The notes: a model not told the origin generated them from the sequence alone. A DNA stretch of 64,000 nt from an uncultured Collinsella sp. (GCA_900544235.1 UQUL01000003.1:8559-72558), one strand, 5' to 3'. Positions 1 through 9,980 are shown, counted from the first letter of the stretch. Numbers and translations are program-made.

Positions 1-1300
1 CACAGTTGAGGGCCACCAAATTTATGGGCACGAGGTTCAGGTCGACCTGCCCGCTCTCCAGGCGACTCATATCGAGTGCCTCGTTGGCAAGGTCGAGCAG
101 CAGTCCCGATGCCGTCCAGATTTTTGAGCGGCACTCAGTCTGCTTTTGCAGATCGTCCGCATTGGCATCGCCAACCTCGACCATGCCGCGAATGCCGTTG
201 ATGGGCGTGCGCAGATCGTGGCTCATGCGACGCAGAAACTCCGTCTTTGCCGAGTTGGCAGACGAGGCCTCACGCGCCGCCTTTGCCAGCTTGTCTCCAT
301 AGTCGCGCTCCTGCTGCAGCAAGTCCGTCAAACGTCGACGATCAGCGCGGCGACGCACCATCACAACAACGGCTATAACACCGCCGTAGAGCACCAGCAC
401 GCCGGCAGCAACAGCCGCGACAACCTCAAAGTAGCGCTGCGCCGAGGCATAGGTGTACACATAGAATTTGTGCGCTTTTCCAAATGTGCCCAAATACCAC
501 TCGCCGTCGGCGTTAACCAATCTGACCTTACCAGCCAGGCATCGATCCTTAATACCGTCGACAATGAAGACATCCGTCGCAGGCAGATCGAACACGCCCA
601 ATACGGTGGGTTCAACGGCATTGGTCGCAACGACCTTGCCGTCGCTTTCAATCACGATATTGCCGCTATCGATGGTTTCATAGCCTTCGAGCAAACTCTG
701 CAGTTTGAGCGTATTGCTTGCAACCGCCTTCGCGCTCTGATGCCTTACCGCGATAACGATACCCTCGCCATCCCGCCGGGTCACGCAACCAATGTCTGCA
801 ACCGAATCATCCGCAAGCGTAATGCGGGCGGTATAGGACTTAAGCGGATGAGTTGCCACCTCCAGCACGGGCGCTTCCTTGAGATACGTAGCGAGCGACC
901 CGTAGCCCACATCGCCCGTCGAGGACTCGGACACCAAATTGCCCGATGCGTCCGTCACGATCAGCGCGCTCACGTTGAACTGGTCGGCGTATTGCTCCAG
1001 CATGGCGTTATCCACCGAACCGTCGCGCTCCATATCGCGGGCAGCCTCTCCGGCGATCTCCATAACGCGAATCAGGTTTTTGGTCGTATAGGCGCTGTTG
1101 AATGCATCGTAGGAAAGGCTCTGCGTCGCCACGTAATCGACAACGTCGGCAAAGCGCTGCTCGGCTTGGGCTGTCATGTAACCGTAGCTCATCATGCCGG
1201 CAGCAACCGAGAGCGCTATCCCCAGCAGAGCGACAAGGAGCCATGCCCCTGCCGAACGATTGCCCCGCTCCTGAGCAGCGTGGTCGGGCGCATCGATCAT
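1..1300 (-). CDS. sensor histidine kinase, N-terminal ~433 codons (gene continues past the left edge)
   Basis: Absent from the ORF track because it has no stop in the window. My translation from the ATG at 1300 (RBS GGAGGG) gives MIDAPDHAAQ..., with two TM segments flanking a ~270-aa sensor domain. An H-box follows: EFLRRMSHDLRTPINGIRGM. The 146..1393 + ORF is its antisense shadow. Confidence 0.8.
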   Translation of the reverse strand, partial: MIDAPDHAAQERGNRSAGAWLLVALLGIALSVAAGMMSYGYMTAQAEQRFADVVDYVATQSLSYDAFNSAYTTKNLIRVMEIAGEAARDMERDGSVDNAMLEQYADQFNVSALIVTDASGNLVSESSTGDVGYGSLATYLKEAPVLEVATHPLKSYTARITLADDSVADIGCVTRRDGEGIVIAVRHQSAKAVASNTLKLQSLLEGYETIDSGNIVIESDGKVVATNAVEPTVLGVFDLPATDVFIVDGIKDRCLAGKVRLVNADGEWYLGTFGKAHKFYVYTYASAQRYFEVVAAVAAGVLVLYGGVIAVVVMVRRRADRRRLTDLLQQERDYGDKLAKAAREASSANSAKTEFLRRMSHDLRTPINGIRGMVEVGDANADDLQKQTECRSKIWTASGLLLDLANEALDMSRLESGQVDLNLVPINLVALNC

Positions 1301-2166
1301 GACAGGCCCTCCATATTCAAAAATGGCGAAGGGTCATCGAAGTACTTTGACACCAGGCGTTCCATGGTGCCATCGGCAAGCATTTCTTGGTAGGCATGAG
1401 TGAGCTTGACGTCGATGCCACGCGTATCGTTGATATCGAAAGCGGTGCCCAAACCGACCTCTAGCAGCGGCTCATCCAAAATGCGATATGTCACACCATA
1501 GTCTTTTTCGTAGGTGAGGAACGAGGACTCATGCGCGGCGATAGCGTCGACCAGGCCCTCGACGAGCGCCGGGTTCAGGTATGAACCGTCCGAAAAGCTG
1601 TAGAGTTCCTTGATCTGCGGAACGTTTTCATTTGTGCGATTGAGCAAAATGTCCTCGGGCTTGGTGGTGGACTGAACCGCCACGATCTTATCCTCAAGAT
1701 CGGCAAGCGTGTAGATATCGCTCTGGGGATCGACCGCGACCACCTGGCGGCTCGCAAGGTACGGGCCGGCCCAACGATATTCGTTTTCGCGACCCGTCAT
1801 ACTAAAGCTGCCCATGACGCAATCGAGTTCGCCGCTCGCCAGCAGCTCCTTCTTCTTTTCCCAGTCGATCAGCTGGTATTTTGGCTTGTAACCAATGCGG
1901 GCCAAAGCCTCGGTCAATATCTCGACATCCAGGCCAACGATATCGCCGTACTCGTCGGTATACACAAACGGTGGATAGAGGTCGCTTCCGACGTTGAGCG
2001 TCTTAAGATTGTCGTCCTGGACCTGCGAGGCCTCCAGGCCTTTTGATGCAGACGTCGATGCCTCGTCATTCGACCCGGAGCAGCCAGCTATCGCTACGAC
2101 AAAAGCGCTCGCCACTGCAAGCGCAACAAATAACGAAATGGCAACCGAGCGACGGGATCTTTTCAT
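1297..2166 (-). CDS. family-3 solute-binding lipoprotein (amino-acid ABC-type SBP)
   Basis: 289 aa with a signal peptide and lipobox IAGC. Sequence is typical of periplasmic amino-acid binding proteins. Its stop overlaps the kinase start (ATGA at 1297-1300). Confidence 0.85.
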   Translation of the reverse strand: MKRSRRSVAISLFVALAVASAFVVAIAGCSGSNDEASTSASKGLEASQVQDDNLKTLNVGSDLYPPFVYTDEYGDIVGLDVEILTEALARIGYKPKYQLIDWEKKKELLASGELDCVMGSFSMTGRENEYRWAGPYLASRQVVAVDPQSDIYTLADLEDKIVAVQSTTKPEDILLNRTNENVPQIKELYSFSDGSYLNPALVEGLVDAIAAHESSFLTYEKDYGVTYRILDEPLLEVGLGTAFDINDTRGIDVKLTHAYQEMLADGTMERLVSKYFDDPSPFLNMEGLS

Positions 2167-2310
2167 CGAGCTCCATACGATCCTGTTTACAGACTGAAAT
2201 GGTTAAAGATAATAGCAAACAAAACCACACGAGCACCCAATTGTTACAGATGCTTTACCGTGTGGGGCCTTCCAGCCGACTTGGCAGAAGACCCCGCATG
2301 CAGCGCACGC

Positions 2311-3525
2311 TTACCGTGCATTAAAAACGTAGCGGTCCAGGCGGTCGCACGCCTCCCTTACGCGCGAAAGCGGCAGCGCCAGATTCACGCGAATGTGGCA
2401 GGGCCCGTGGAACGGACGGCCGTCCTGATACCCCACGCCCACGCGCGCCCCCTCGTCGAGCAGCCACTGAATATCGCGGCCATGTTCGCGACACCACTCG
2501 GTGCAGTCCAGAAACACCATGTACGTGCCCTGCGGACGCGAATAGGACACGCCCTCAAAATGCCCGTCCACGTAATCGCAGAAGTACTCGATATTGCCGG
2601 CAAGCACCTGGTTGAGCTCGTCCACCCACTCGTAGCCCTGCGGCTGGTAGGCACCGATAAGCGCATGCATGGAGAGGACATTCATCTCGTTGTAGTGGGT
2701 CTTGTTGGACACGGCGCAGATGCGGTCACGCAGCGTCTCGTTGTAGACAATGTGGTAGCTGCCGACAAGGCCCGCCAGGTTAAACGTCTTGCTCGGCGCA
2801 TAGAGGGCAACCGTGCGCATGCGGGCGTCCTCGCTTACCGACTGCGTCGGAATATGCTTGTGTCCCGGCAGGATGATATCGGACCAAATCTCGTCCGAGA
2901 TCACCACGCAATCGTGCTGGCGATAAATGTCCATGGCGCGCTCGATCTCGTCGCGCTCCCATACGCGGCCGCAGGGATTGTGCGGCGAGCAGAACACCGC
3001 GGCATGGATGTGGTTTTGGGCGAATTTGCGCTCCATGTCCTCAAAGTCCATGCGCCACACGCCCTGGTCGTCAAGTTTAAGCGGGCTGTGGACAATACGA
3101 TAACCCGCGGCTTCGATAGACTTGGTAAAACCAATGTAGGTGGGGCTATGGACCAGCACTGCATCGCCCGGCTGGACATACGCGCGCAACGTCGACACGA
3201 CCCCGCCCAGCACGCCGTTTTCGTAGCCGATATGCTCAGGTGCCAGGCCCTCGACGCCATTACGGCGGCTCTGCCATTCGATGATGCGGTCGAAGTACTC
3301 GGGGCGCGGATTGAAATAGCCAAACATGGGGTGCTGGGCACGCTGAATGATGTGCTCCTGGACCGTGGGCACCGTGGCAAAATTCATGTCGGCCACCCAC
3401 ATGGGAATGCGGTCGAAGCCCTCGTCGGGTGCGTTCGGAGCCATACCGGGGATCTCACCCCAAGAGTCAACGGCGATGGAGTCCATGCCGTGGCGGTCGA
3501 TAAGCGAGCTAAAGTCGTATTTCAT
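2311..3525 (-). CDS. PLP-dependent C-S lyase / class I-II aminotransferase (MalY/PatB type)
   Basis: MKYDFSSLIDRHGMDS N-terminus and SKTFN PLP-lysine motif. Start re-picked at ATG 3525 (RBS GGGAG); the ORF track extends it to 3573. Confidence 0.85.
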   Translation of the reverse strand: MKYDFSSLIDRHGMDSIAVDSWGEIPGMAPNAPDEGFDRIPMWVADMNFATVPTVQEHIIQRAQHPMFGYFNPRPEYFDRIIEWQSRRNGVEGLAPEHIGYENGVLGGVVSTLRAYVQPGDAVLVHSPTYIGFTKSIEAAGYRIVHSPLKLDDQGVWRMDFEDMERKFAQNHIHAAVFCSPHNPCGRVWERDEIERAMDIYRQHDCVVISDEIWSDIILPGHKHIPTQSVSEDARMRTVALYAPSKTFNLAGLVGSYHIVYNETLRDRICAVSNKTHYNEMNVLSMHALIGAYQPQGYEWVDELNQVLAGNIEYFCDYVDGHFEGVSYSRPQGTYMVFLDCTEWCREHGRDIQWLLDEGARVGVGYQDGRPFHGPCHIRVNLALPLSRVREACDRLDRYVFNAR

Positions 3526-3636
3526 GCTGAGCTCCCGTGCAAAGTGATTGTTTTGGTAGGCGTTATTGTCCACCAGCGTGGGCGGTTTTGGCGCGGAGTT
3601 TGGCGCTTAATTTGACGGGTGCGGACGAATGGCTGG

Positions 3637-4383
3637 TTAGTCTTGCGCGTCGTTGACGGCGACTACGGTTAGCTGGGTTTCGTCGACCGTAAACGATATG
3701 TCGAGCCCGGCGTAGGCCAGATGATAGACGCGGTTTGGCTCGTGCTTGCTGCCCGCGCGGCGCGGATCTTGGCGAAGAACCTCGACCAGACCGGGGAGCT
3801 TTGCGCTTGGGATTTTGTCTTGTAGTGTTTGCGAGAACTCGACGTCGAGCTCTTGCCACGGGGCGTCCTCAATCCAGCCGCCCGTTGCATCCGGGTGGCA
3901 GTCCGCAAACGGAATGTAGGGCTTAATGTCGTAGATGGGCGTGCCGTCGCGCAGGTCGGCCCCCAGCACATGGATGATGGGGCCGTTGCCGGTGAGCTCA
4001 ACGCGATCGAGCTTGACGCAGGTAAGCCCGATGGGATTAGGGCGAAACGGACTGCGCGTGGCAAAGACACCCACGCGCTCGGCTCCGCCCAGACGCGGCG
4101 GACGCACGGTTTTCGACCATTTTGCGTTGGTTCCGGACCTGTCCTGCGACTTGGCATCGGCAGCTATGTCCTTAGCCGTGCCGCCGGGCGTTCCGTTTTC
4201 AAAACGCCACAGCAGCCATAGGTGAGAGAAGGAGTCCAGACCCTCAACCGCTGCATTGGAGGCAAATTCCGGCTCAAAAACGATGCATCCCTGCAGATCA
4301 GGTGCCAAAAAGCTGTTGCGCGGAATGCCGAACTTCTGCGGCAGGTCGGTATGTATGTGTGCAATAGGTTCCATGCCGGTCAT
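3637..4383 (-). CDS. trmO: tRNA (t6A37-N6)-methyltransferase TrmO (YaeB/TsaA family)
   Basis: 248 aa. Carries PQKFGIPRNS, NPIGLTCVKL and DGTPIYDIKPYIPFADCHP, all family hallmarks. Confidence 0.85.
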   Translation of the reverse strand: MTGMEPIAHIHTDLPQKFGIPRNSFLAPDLQGCIVFEPEFASNAAVEGLDSFSHLWLLWRFENGTPGGTAKDIAADAKSQDRSGTNAKWSKTVRPPRLGGAERVGVFATRSPFRPNPIGLTCVKLDRVELTGNGPIIHVLGADLRDGTPIYDIKPYIPFADCHPDATGGWIEDAPWQELDVEFSQTLQDKIPSAKLPGLVEVLRQDPRRAGSKHEPNRVYHLAYAGLDISFTVDETQLTVVAVNDAQD

Positions 4384-4514
4384 TGTACGGCATGGAGGCG
4401 TGGGGCGTTGCGCGCAATTCTTTGTCGCGGCCCCCGTCGTGCAACCAACGGTTGCTTGGAGGGGAGCCAGCCGCCGCGTATGCTTAAGCCACCAACCAGC
4501 AGAAAGGAGCCGCT

Positions 4515-5342
4515 ATGGCCTTTGCAGAAAAGCTCATTGCCATCCGTCGCGCCCATCACCTTACCCAGGAGCAGCTCGCCGCCAAGCTCTTCGTCACACG
4601 CCAAGCCGTCAGCCGTTGGGAGCGCGGCGAAGTCACCCCGGGTATCGACATGATGAAGCTCATTGCCGCCGTAACCGGAGAGCCGCTGCCCCACCTGCTC
4701 GAAATGCCCGAGCATTATTGCCAGAGCTGCGGCATGATACTCACGCCCGACGACTGCGGCACCGACGCCACGGGCGCCGCGACCGACCATTACTGCAAGT
4801 GGTGCTACGACCACGGCAAGTACACCTACGACACCACCATGGAGGCGATGATTGAGGATTGTGCCCCGCGGCTGGCGCAAAACACCGGCATGTCGCTCGA
4901 CGAAGCCGTCTCGCTCATGGGCGCCGTGCTGCCGCAACTGGAGCGCTGGCGCTCCGTGCAGGAAAACGAGGAGCGCTACGGTGCCGAGGCGCGGGCGCGC
5001 TATGGCAATGAGGCTATCGATGCAGCAAACGAAACGTTACTGGATATGGATCCTCAGACATGGAACGACATGAAGGAACTTGAACGCGCCATTTTGGGCC
5101 AGCTCTCGATTGCCATGGGCATTGGCGACCCAGAGAGCAACGAAGCCCAAAAACTGGTTACAATGCACCGTCGATGGATTGCTCTCAACTGGGGATGCGA
5201 GCCCCAAGACGAGGCGTACCTGGGCCTCGCCCACGGCTATCTTGCCGACCAGCGCTTTGTTGACTACTACGACAAGCCCTGCGGCACCGGAGCCACGACG
5301 TTTCTGGTTCAGGCAATCGAGTCGTCGCTGGCTCGCGCATAG
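4515..5342 (+). CDS. XRE-type HTH + zinc-ribbon + TipAS-like domain transcription factor
   Basis: N-terminal HTH is LTQEQLAAKLFVTRQAVSRWERG. A Cys4 ribbon follows (CQSCG...CKWC). The C-terminal ~130 aa resemble the TipAS antibiotic-recognition domain. RBS AAGGAG. Confidence 0.75.
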   Translation: MAFAEKLIAIRRAHHLTQEQLAAKLFVTRQAVSRWERGEVTPGIDMMKLIAAVTGEPLPHLLEMPEHYCQSCGMILTPDDCGTDATGAATDHYCKWCYDHGKYTYDTTMEAMIEDCAPRLAQNTGMSLDEAVSLMGAVLPQLERWRSVQENEERYGAEARARYGNEAIDAANETLLDMDPQTWNDMKELERAILGQLSIAMGIGDPESNEAQKLVTMHRRWIALNWGCEPQDEAYLGLAHGYLADQRFVDYYDKPCGTGATTFLVQAIESSLARA

Positions 5343-5393
5343 ACCGCGGCGGCTTTGGGTATTTCAATCGAAACCTCAACCGATTGGAGACCC

Positions 5394-5639
5394 ATGGCTA
5401 CTAATCATGAGCTCACGCTGTACGTTATGACCGGCTGCCCGTATTGCATAAAAGTCAAGCGATTCCTTGCCGATAACGGCGTGACCATTCCCGAGCGCAA
5501 TATCTCGACCGATGCCGAAGCCGAACAGACACTCATCGCCGTCGGCGGAAAGCGCCAAGTTCCCTGCCTGTTCATCGACGGCAAGCCGCTTTACGAGTCG
5601 AGCGACATCATCGCGTGGGCGAAGGGGAACCTGCTCTAG
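5394..5639 (+). CDS. glutaredoxin-like protein (CPYC)
   Basis: LTLYVMTGCPYCIKVKRFL...GGKRQVPCLFIDG. Start re-picked at ATG 5394 (RBS GGAGA). Confidence 0.8.
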   Translation: MATNHELTLYVMTGCPYCIKVKRFLADNGVTIPERNISTDAEAEQTLIAVGGKRQVPCLFIDGKPLYESSDIIAWAKGNLL

Positions 5640-5670
5640 CACGTCCATTGCGGCCAACTCGCCCCAAACA

Positions 5671-5732
5671 TGTACACCAGCATCCAAAGTCGACATTTTT
5701 CGACATCTTTGGATGCTGGTGTACAGCTTTTT
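5671..5732. terminator. bidirectional hairpin terminator
   Basis: Perfect 19-bp stem TGTACACCAGCATCCAAAG (5671..5689 pairing with 5707..5725) followed by a T-run. Lies between convergent genes. Confidence 0.7.
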
Positions 5733-5761
5733 AGTCGTTTAAGAACGTCCCCAGCGACCAA

Positions 5762-6724
5762 CTAGCCGTGGAAGCGGGCAACGGGCGCGAGGGGTTGTTC
5801 GCGGAAGACGCGGTCGACGGCGGCGCGGTATTCGTCGACCTTCTTGGTTTTGCGAACGAGCTTGTGGACGGTGGCTGGATCGGCGAAAGCGCACTTGGCG
5901 TAGAACCACCATTCCTTCATGCGAAAGACCGCATTGCCGCCAATCTCGTCCGCATAGGCAGCGAACAGCGTGTCATGGAAACGCTGCAGCTCGGCGACGG
6001 TGGCGGCAGGGCCGCCGTTTACCATGCGTGCCAGCGCAGGGTTTGCAAGCAGACCGCGACCCAGCATTACATGGCGCGTGTCGGGATAGGCAGCAACCAG
6101 CGCATCCATGTCCTCAAGGTCAAAAATGTCGCCGTTATAGGCTACCGGGAACGACGCCCGCTCCAGCGTCTCGCCATAATACTCTTTGCGCGGCGAGCCC
6201 GTATAGCGATCCTTTTGCACGCGCGGATGCACGATCAGCTCGGCAAGCGGCATGCGGCAATACAGGTCGAGCACGCGCTCGTACTCGTCATCGCTCTCAA
6301 GCCCCAGCCTGGTCTTGACCGACACCGGCAGTGGCGAGCGCTCGCACGCGTCGCTCAAGAACACCTCGAGCTCATCCAGGTTACGCAGAAAGCCCGAACC
6401 CTTACCTTTGGCGACAACCGTACCCGAGGGACATCCCAAGTTGAGGTTGACCTCGTGGTAGCCCATATCGGCAAGCACCTGCGCCGCCCACACAAACTCA
6501 TCCGCGTTCTTGGACATGAGCTGGGGCACCACGTTAAGCCCCTGGTTGTTGGCAGGATCGACCTCCTTAAACGCCTTGCCGCCAAAGCGATTGCCCACCC
6601 GCGGCGGCGGCAAAAACGGCGTGTAACAACAATCGAGCGCGCCGAAGCACTCCGCATGCACGCGGCGGAACACATGCCCGGTAATCCCCTCCATGGGGGC
6701 CAGCGATAGAATCATCAACATCAA
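5762..6724 (-). CDS. tRNA-dihydrouridine synthase (Dus family)
   Basis: 320 aa. Carries LAPMEGITGHVFR and NLNLGCP, consistent with the TIM-barrel flavoenzyme pattern. Confidence 0.85.
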   Translation of the reverse strand: MMLMILSLAPMEGITGHVFRRVHAECFGALDCCYTPFLPPPRVGNRFGGKAFKEVDPANNQGLNVVPQLMSKNADEFVWAAQVLADMGYHEVNLNLGCPSGTVVAKGKGSGFLRNLDELEVFLSDACERSPLPVSVKTRLGLESDDEYERVLDLYCRMPLAELIVHPRVQKDRYTGSPRKEYYGETLERASFPVAYNGDIFDLEDMDALVAAYPDTRHVMLGRGLLANPALARMVNGGPAATVAELQRFHDTLFAAYADEIGGNAVFRMKEWWFYAKCAFADPATVHKLVRKTKKVDEYRAAVDRVFREQPLAPVARFHG

Positions 6725-6734
6725 CTTTCAAATC

Positions 6735-6767
6735 AATGTGACAAAGGGGCTGTCCCTTTTTCACATT
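6735..6767. terminator. palindromic hairpin (member of a recurring family)
   Basis: AATGTGACAAAGGG-GCTGT-CCCTTTTTCACATT. Lies downstream of mgtA and the small ORF. Confidence 0.5.
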
Positions 6768-6822
6768 TGTGCATCATTCGAGTGTTTATTTTGGCACAGC
6801 GGCGCAGGCAATCCCATGCATG

Positions 6823-6978
6823 CTATTCGTCCTTGGGCAGCGGTTTCATGCTCCAAAAGACGACATTCATAATGATGACAATCACCAGGACAACGCCATT
6901 GGCCACCCAAAAGCCCATGTTGAGCCCAAGCCACTCCGTAGTCCCAAACAAATCAATCCAAATCAGAGCCCAGTTCAT
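6823..6978 (-). CDS. 51-aa single-TM small membrane protein, co-transcribed after mgtA
   Basis: Below the ORF-track cutoff. My translation is MNWALIWIDLFGTTEWLGLNMGFWVANGVVLVIVIIMNVVFWSMKPLPKDE. RBS GAGAGGAG, with the start 29 nt after the mgtA stop. Confidence 0.5.
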   Translation of the reverse strand: MNWALIWIDLFGTTEWLGLNMGFWVANGVVLVIVIIMNVVFWSMKPLPKDE

Positions 6979-7007
6979 GTAAACGCTCCTCTCTACATCG
7001 AAATCAG

Positions 7008-9776
7008 CTACAGCAGCTCGCCGTAACGCTTGACATAGGCCTTCTTAAGGCTCGTCGCCAGCGCCATGTACATCAAGATGCACGGAATCAGGAACAAGAA
7101 GTACTCGACGGGCAGCGCTCCCAGGCCCAGCGTGGGGCCAAGCGGGCTAAACGGGATCAGCGTGAGCAGTGCAATGCCGGTCATCGTGAGCAGCATCACC
7201 GGAGCCGAGGCACGGCTCTGGATAAACGGAAACTTGGGCGTGCGAATCATATGGATAACCAAGGTCTGGCTCCACATGGATTCGACGAACCAACCAGCCT
7301 GGAACAGCGCGATGTAGGCCAGCTGCATCTGCTCCAGTGTGGCACCCGAGTAGACGCTCGCCAGCTCGTTGAACAGCACGCCGTGGCTCACAAACAACGG
7401 GCAGAAGACAAAGTACATAAAGATATAGGTCATAAAGTCGAAGATGGAGCTGGTGGGCCCAATCCAGATCATGAACCTGCCGACACTCGACGCATCCCAG
7501 GTACGCGGCACGCGCAGGAACTCCTCGTCCACGTTGTCCCAGGGAATCGCCAGGCAACTGCAGTCATAAATCAGGTTGAGCAAGATCAGTTGGATGCTCA
7601 TCATGGGCAAAAACGGCAGCAGGGCAGACGCGGCAAGCACGCTAAACATGTTGCCAAAGTTGGAGCTCGCGGTCATCTTGATGTACTTGATCATGTTGGC
7701 GTAGGTCTTACGCCCCTCGATGATGCCCTCCTCGAGCACCATCAGGTCCTTCTCGAGCAAGATGATGTCGGCGGACTCCTTGGCAACGTCGACGGCCGTG
7801 TCGACCGAGATGCCGATGTCGGACGACTTCATGGCAGAGGCATCGTTGATACCGTCGCCCATGTAGCCCACCACATGCCCGTTCGTACGCAGGACGGAAA
7901 CGACACGCGCCTTTTGGTCGGGCGTGAGCTTGGCGAAGACCTGCACGTCCTCGGCCCGGCGAGCGAGCTCGGCGTCATCCATGTCAGCGATGTTGCCGCC
8001 GAGCAACATGTTGTTGACCTGTAGCCCCACCTGCTTGCAGATGGTGCGCGTGACCTTCTCGTTGTCGCCAGTCAGGATCTTGGTGGCAACGCCATGATTG
8101 CGCAGCGCCTCAATCGCATCGGCCGTGGACTCTTTAGGCGGATCCAAAAAGGCCAGGTAGCCGATTAGGACCATGTCGCGCTCGTCCTCGGCGCTAAAGG
8201 CACCGGCGGGTGACGGGTTGGACTTTTGAGCAATCGCCAGCACACGGAAACCGTCGTCATTAAGGTCGGCAACTGTTGCCAGAATGCGCTCGCGCACCTC
8301 GTCGTCCAGCACGTGAACGCCGCCGTCGATCTCGGCATGTGAGCACACCGACAGCATCTCCTCGACCGCGCCCTTGGTAACCATCTGGGTCTTGCCGCTG
8401 CGATCGCGCACCACCGTGGTGAGGCGACGGCGCGTAAAGTCGAACGGCACCTCATCGACCTTCACGTATGCCTCCGAAAGATCGGTGAGACTCGGGTCGT
8501 TTTGCTCCTCTTCCTCCGTGCACTTGATGATCGCCAGATCCATCAGATTCTTATAGCCCGTCTGGAAATAGCTGTTGAGGTAGGCGTGGCGCAAAACGCG
8601 CGAATCCTCCTGGCCGTCGATATTCCAGTGATACTCCAGCACCACCTGGTCCTGCGTAAGCGTGCCGGTCTTGTCCGTGCACAGCACGTCCATCGCGCCA
8701 AAGTTTTGAATCGAGTTGAGGTTCTTAACGATCGTCTGCTTTTTACTCATGGCAACCGCGCCCTTGGCAAGGCACGTGGTAACGATCATGGGCAGCATCT
8801 CGGGCGTCAGACCCACGGCAATGCTGATGGCGAACAGGCCGGCATCGAGCCAATTGCCCTTCGTGACACCGTTGATCAAAAAGACAAACGGAACCATCAC
8901 CATCATAAAGCGGATGAGCACCCACGAGACGCTGTTGACGCCTTTGGAAAAGCTCGTCTCCACAGCGTCGTCGGACAGGCTCGACGCCATGGAACCAAAC
9001 AGGGTCTGCTCGCCCACACTAAAGACGAGCGCCGTCGCGCTGCCCGAGATCACACTGCTGCCCATGAGGGCGATGTTCTCGAACGACGTGGCCGAGTCGG
9101 ACTCGGTGCAGGTTGCGGGAACCTTCTCGACCGGCTCGCTCTCGCCCGTCAGGCTGGCTTGACTCACAAAGAGGTCCTTGGCCTCGATAATCCTCACGTC
9201 GGCGGGAATCATGTCGCCGGCGGACAGATGCACAATGTCGCCGACCACCACGTCGTCGATGGGAATCTCGGTCCTGGGGGCATCCTTGCGGGTGACCGTC
9301 ACGCTGGTCGTGATCATGTCGAGCAGCTTTTCGGCCGCATTGCCGCTGCGCGCTTCCTGGATATAGCGCAGCGTGCCCGAAAGAACCACCATTGTGGTGA
9401 TGATAATCACCGTCAGCGAGTCAAAGTCCTCCGGCGTGCTGCCCATCATCGACAACGCCGGAAACACCATGTCCGTCGTTGCCGAAATAATGGCCAAGAA
9501 GAACAGAATTGCCGTAAAGGGATTGACGAATGCATCCGCAAGCTTGCGGGCAAGCGACTTTTTCTTGCCGCGCGTGACCACGTTGCGTCCGTTATCGGCC
9601 TCGCTGCGCGCGACCTCATCACGGGTTAGACCACCCAGGTTCGAGCCCACCCAGGACATGGCGTCCATCAGCGGGATAGTTGCCGCATGCTGGATGCGGC
9701 CCTCTGCACGATGCCTGATCAGTTCGTTTTGCGCCTGGACTGTAGATGGCGTATGGCGCATATTCAGCTTCTTCAA
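7008..9776 (-). CDS. mgtA: magnesium-translocating P-type ATPase
   Basis: 922 aa. Carries [15 protein letters not shown] and an MgtA-type C-terminal membrane domain. TTG start with GGAG 8 nt upstream. Confidence 0.9.
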   Translation of the reverse strand: MKKLNMRHTPSTVQAQNELIRHRAEGRIQHAATIPLMDAMSWVGSNLGGLTRDEVARSEADNGRNVVTRGKKKSLARKLADAFVNPFTAILFFLAIISATTDMVFPALSMMGSTPEDFDSLTVIIITTMVVLSGTLRYIQEARSGNAAEKLLDMITTSVTVTRKDAPRTEIPIDDVVVGDIVHLSAGDMIPADVRIIEAKDLFVSQASLTGESEPVEKVPATCTESDSATSFENIALMGSSVISGSATALVFSVGEQTLFGSMASSLSDDAVETSFSKGVNSVSWVLIRFMMVMVPFVFLINGVTKGNWLDAGLFAISIAVGLTPEMLPMIVTTCLAKGAVAMSKKQTIVKNLNSIQNFGAMDVLCTDKTGTLTQDQVVLEYHWNIDGQEDSRVLRHAYLNSYFQTGYKNLMDLAIIKCTEEEEQNDPSLTDLSEAYVKVDEVPFDFTRRRLTTVVRDRSGKTQMVTKGAVEEMLSVCSHAEIDGGVHVLDDEVRERILATVADLNDDGFRVLAIAQKSNPSPAGAFSAEDERDMVLIGYLAFLDPPKESTADAIEALRNHGVATKILTGDNEKVTRTICKQVGLQVNNMLLGGNIADMDDAELARRAEDVQVFAKLTPDQKARVVSVLRTNGHVVGYMGDGINDASAMKSSDIGISVDTAVDVAKESADIILLEKDLMVLEEGIIEGRKTYANMIKYIKMTASSNFGNMFSVLAASALLPFLPMMSIQLILLNLIYDCSCLAIPWDNVDEEFLRVPRTWDASSVGRFMIWIGPTSSIFDFMTYIFMYFVFCPLFVSHGVLFNELASVYSGATLEQMQLAYIALFQAGWFVESMWSQTLVIHMIRTPKFPFIQSRASAPVMLLTMTGIALLTLIPFSPLGPTLGLGALPVEYFLFLIPCILMYMALATSLKKAYVKRYGELL

Positions 9777-9789
9777 TTGCCTTGCTCCG

Positions 9790-9925
9790 TTCTATCGATC
9801 GGATGCAGAGCCGTCTAGCCGCGACGCCCGCCATTAAGGTGGACCCGCGCCGACAGACATCGCCCTGCCTTGCTGGTACTGTCACTGCCGCCCACGGTCC
9901 TCACCTTCCCTTCGCGTCTGCGACT
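9790..9925 (-). ncRNA. structured mgtA 5' leader, possible M-box-like Mg2+ riboswitch
   Basis: Minus strand reads GGGAAGGTGAGGACC...CCACCTTAATGGCGGG...GCGGCTAGACGGCTCTGC. This resembles the M-box blocks GGUGAGG, CUAAUGG and GCUAAAGCUCUAC, but the element is shorter than the B. subtilis one. Confidence 0.3.
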
Positions 9926-9929
9926 GTCT

Positions 9930-9980
9930 TTAGAATAGAAAAGCCGCAAGACCGGGCACATGGCTGGTTTCTTGCGGCTT
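9930..9980 (-). terminator. rho-independent terminator after the wHTH gene
   Basis: 11-bp stem AAGCCGCAAGA (9941..9951 pairing with 9970..9980) followed on the minus strand by TTTTCTATTCT. Confidence 0.6.

Noticed and set aside
146-1393. 415-aa + strand ORF at the left edge
   Set aside because: Arg/His/Gly-rich with no motifs. It is the mirror of a minus-strand histidine kinase with a clear H-box and TM segments.
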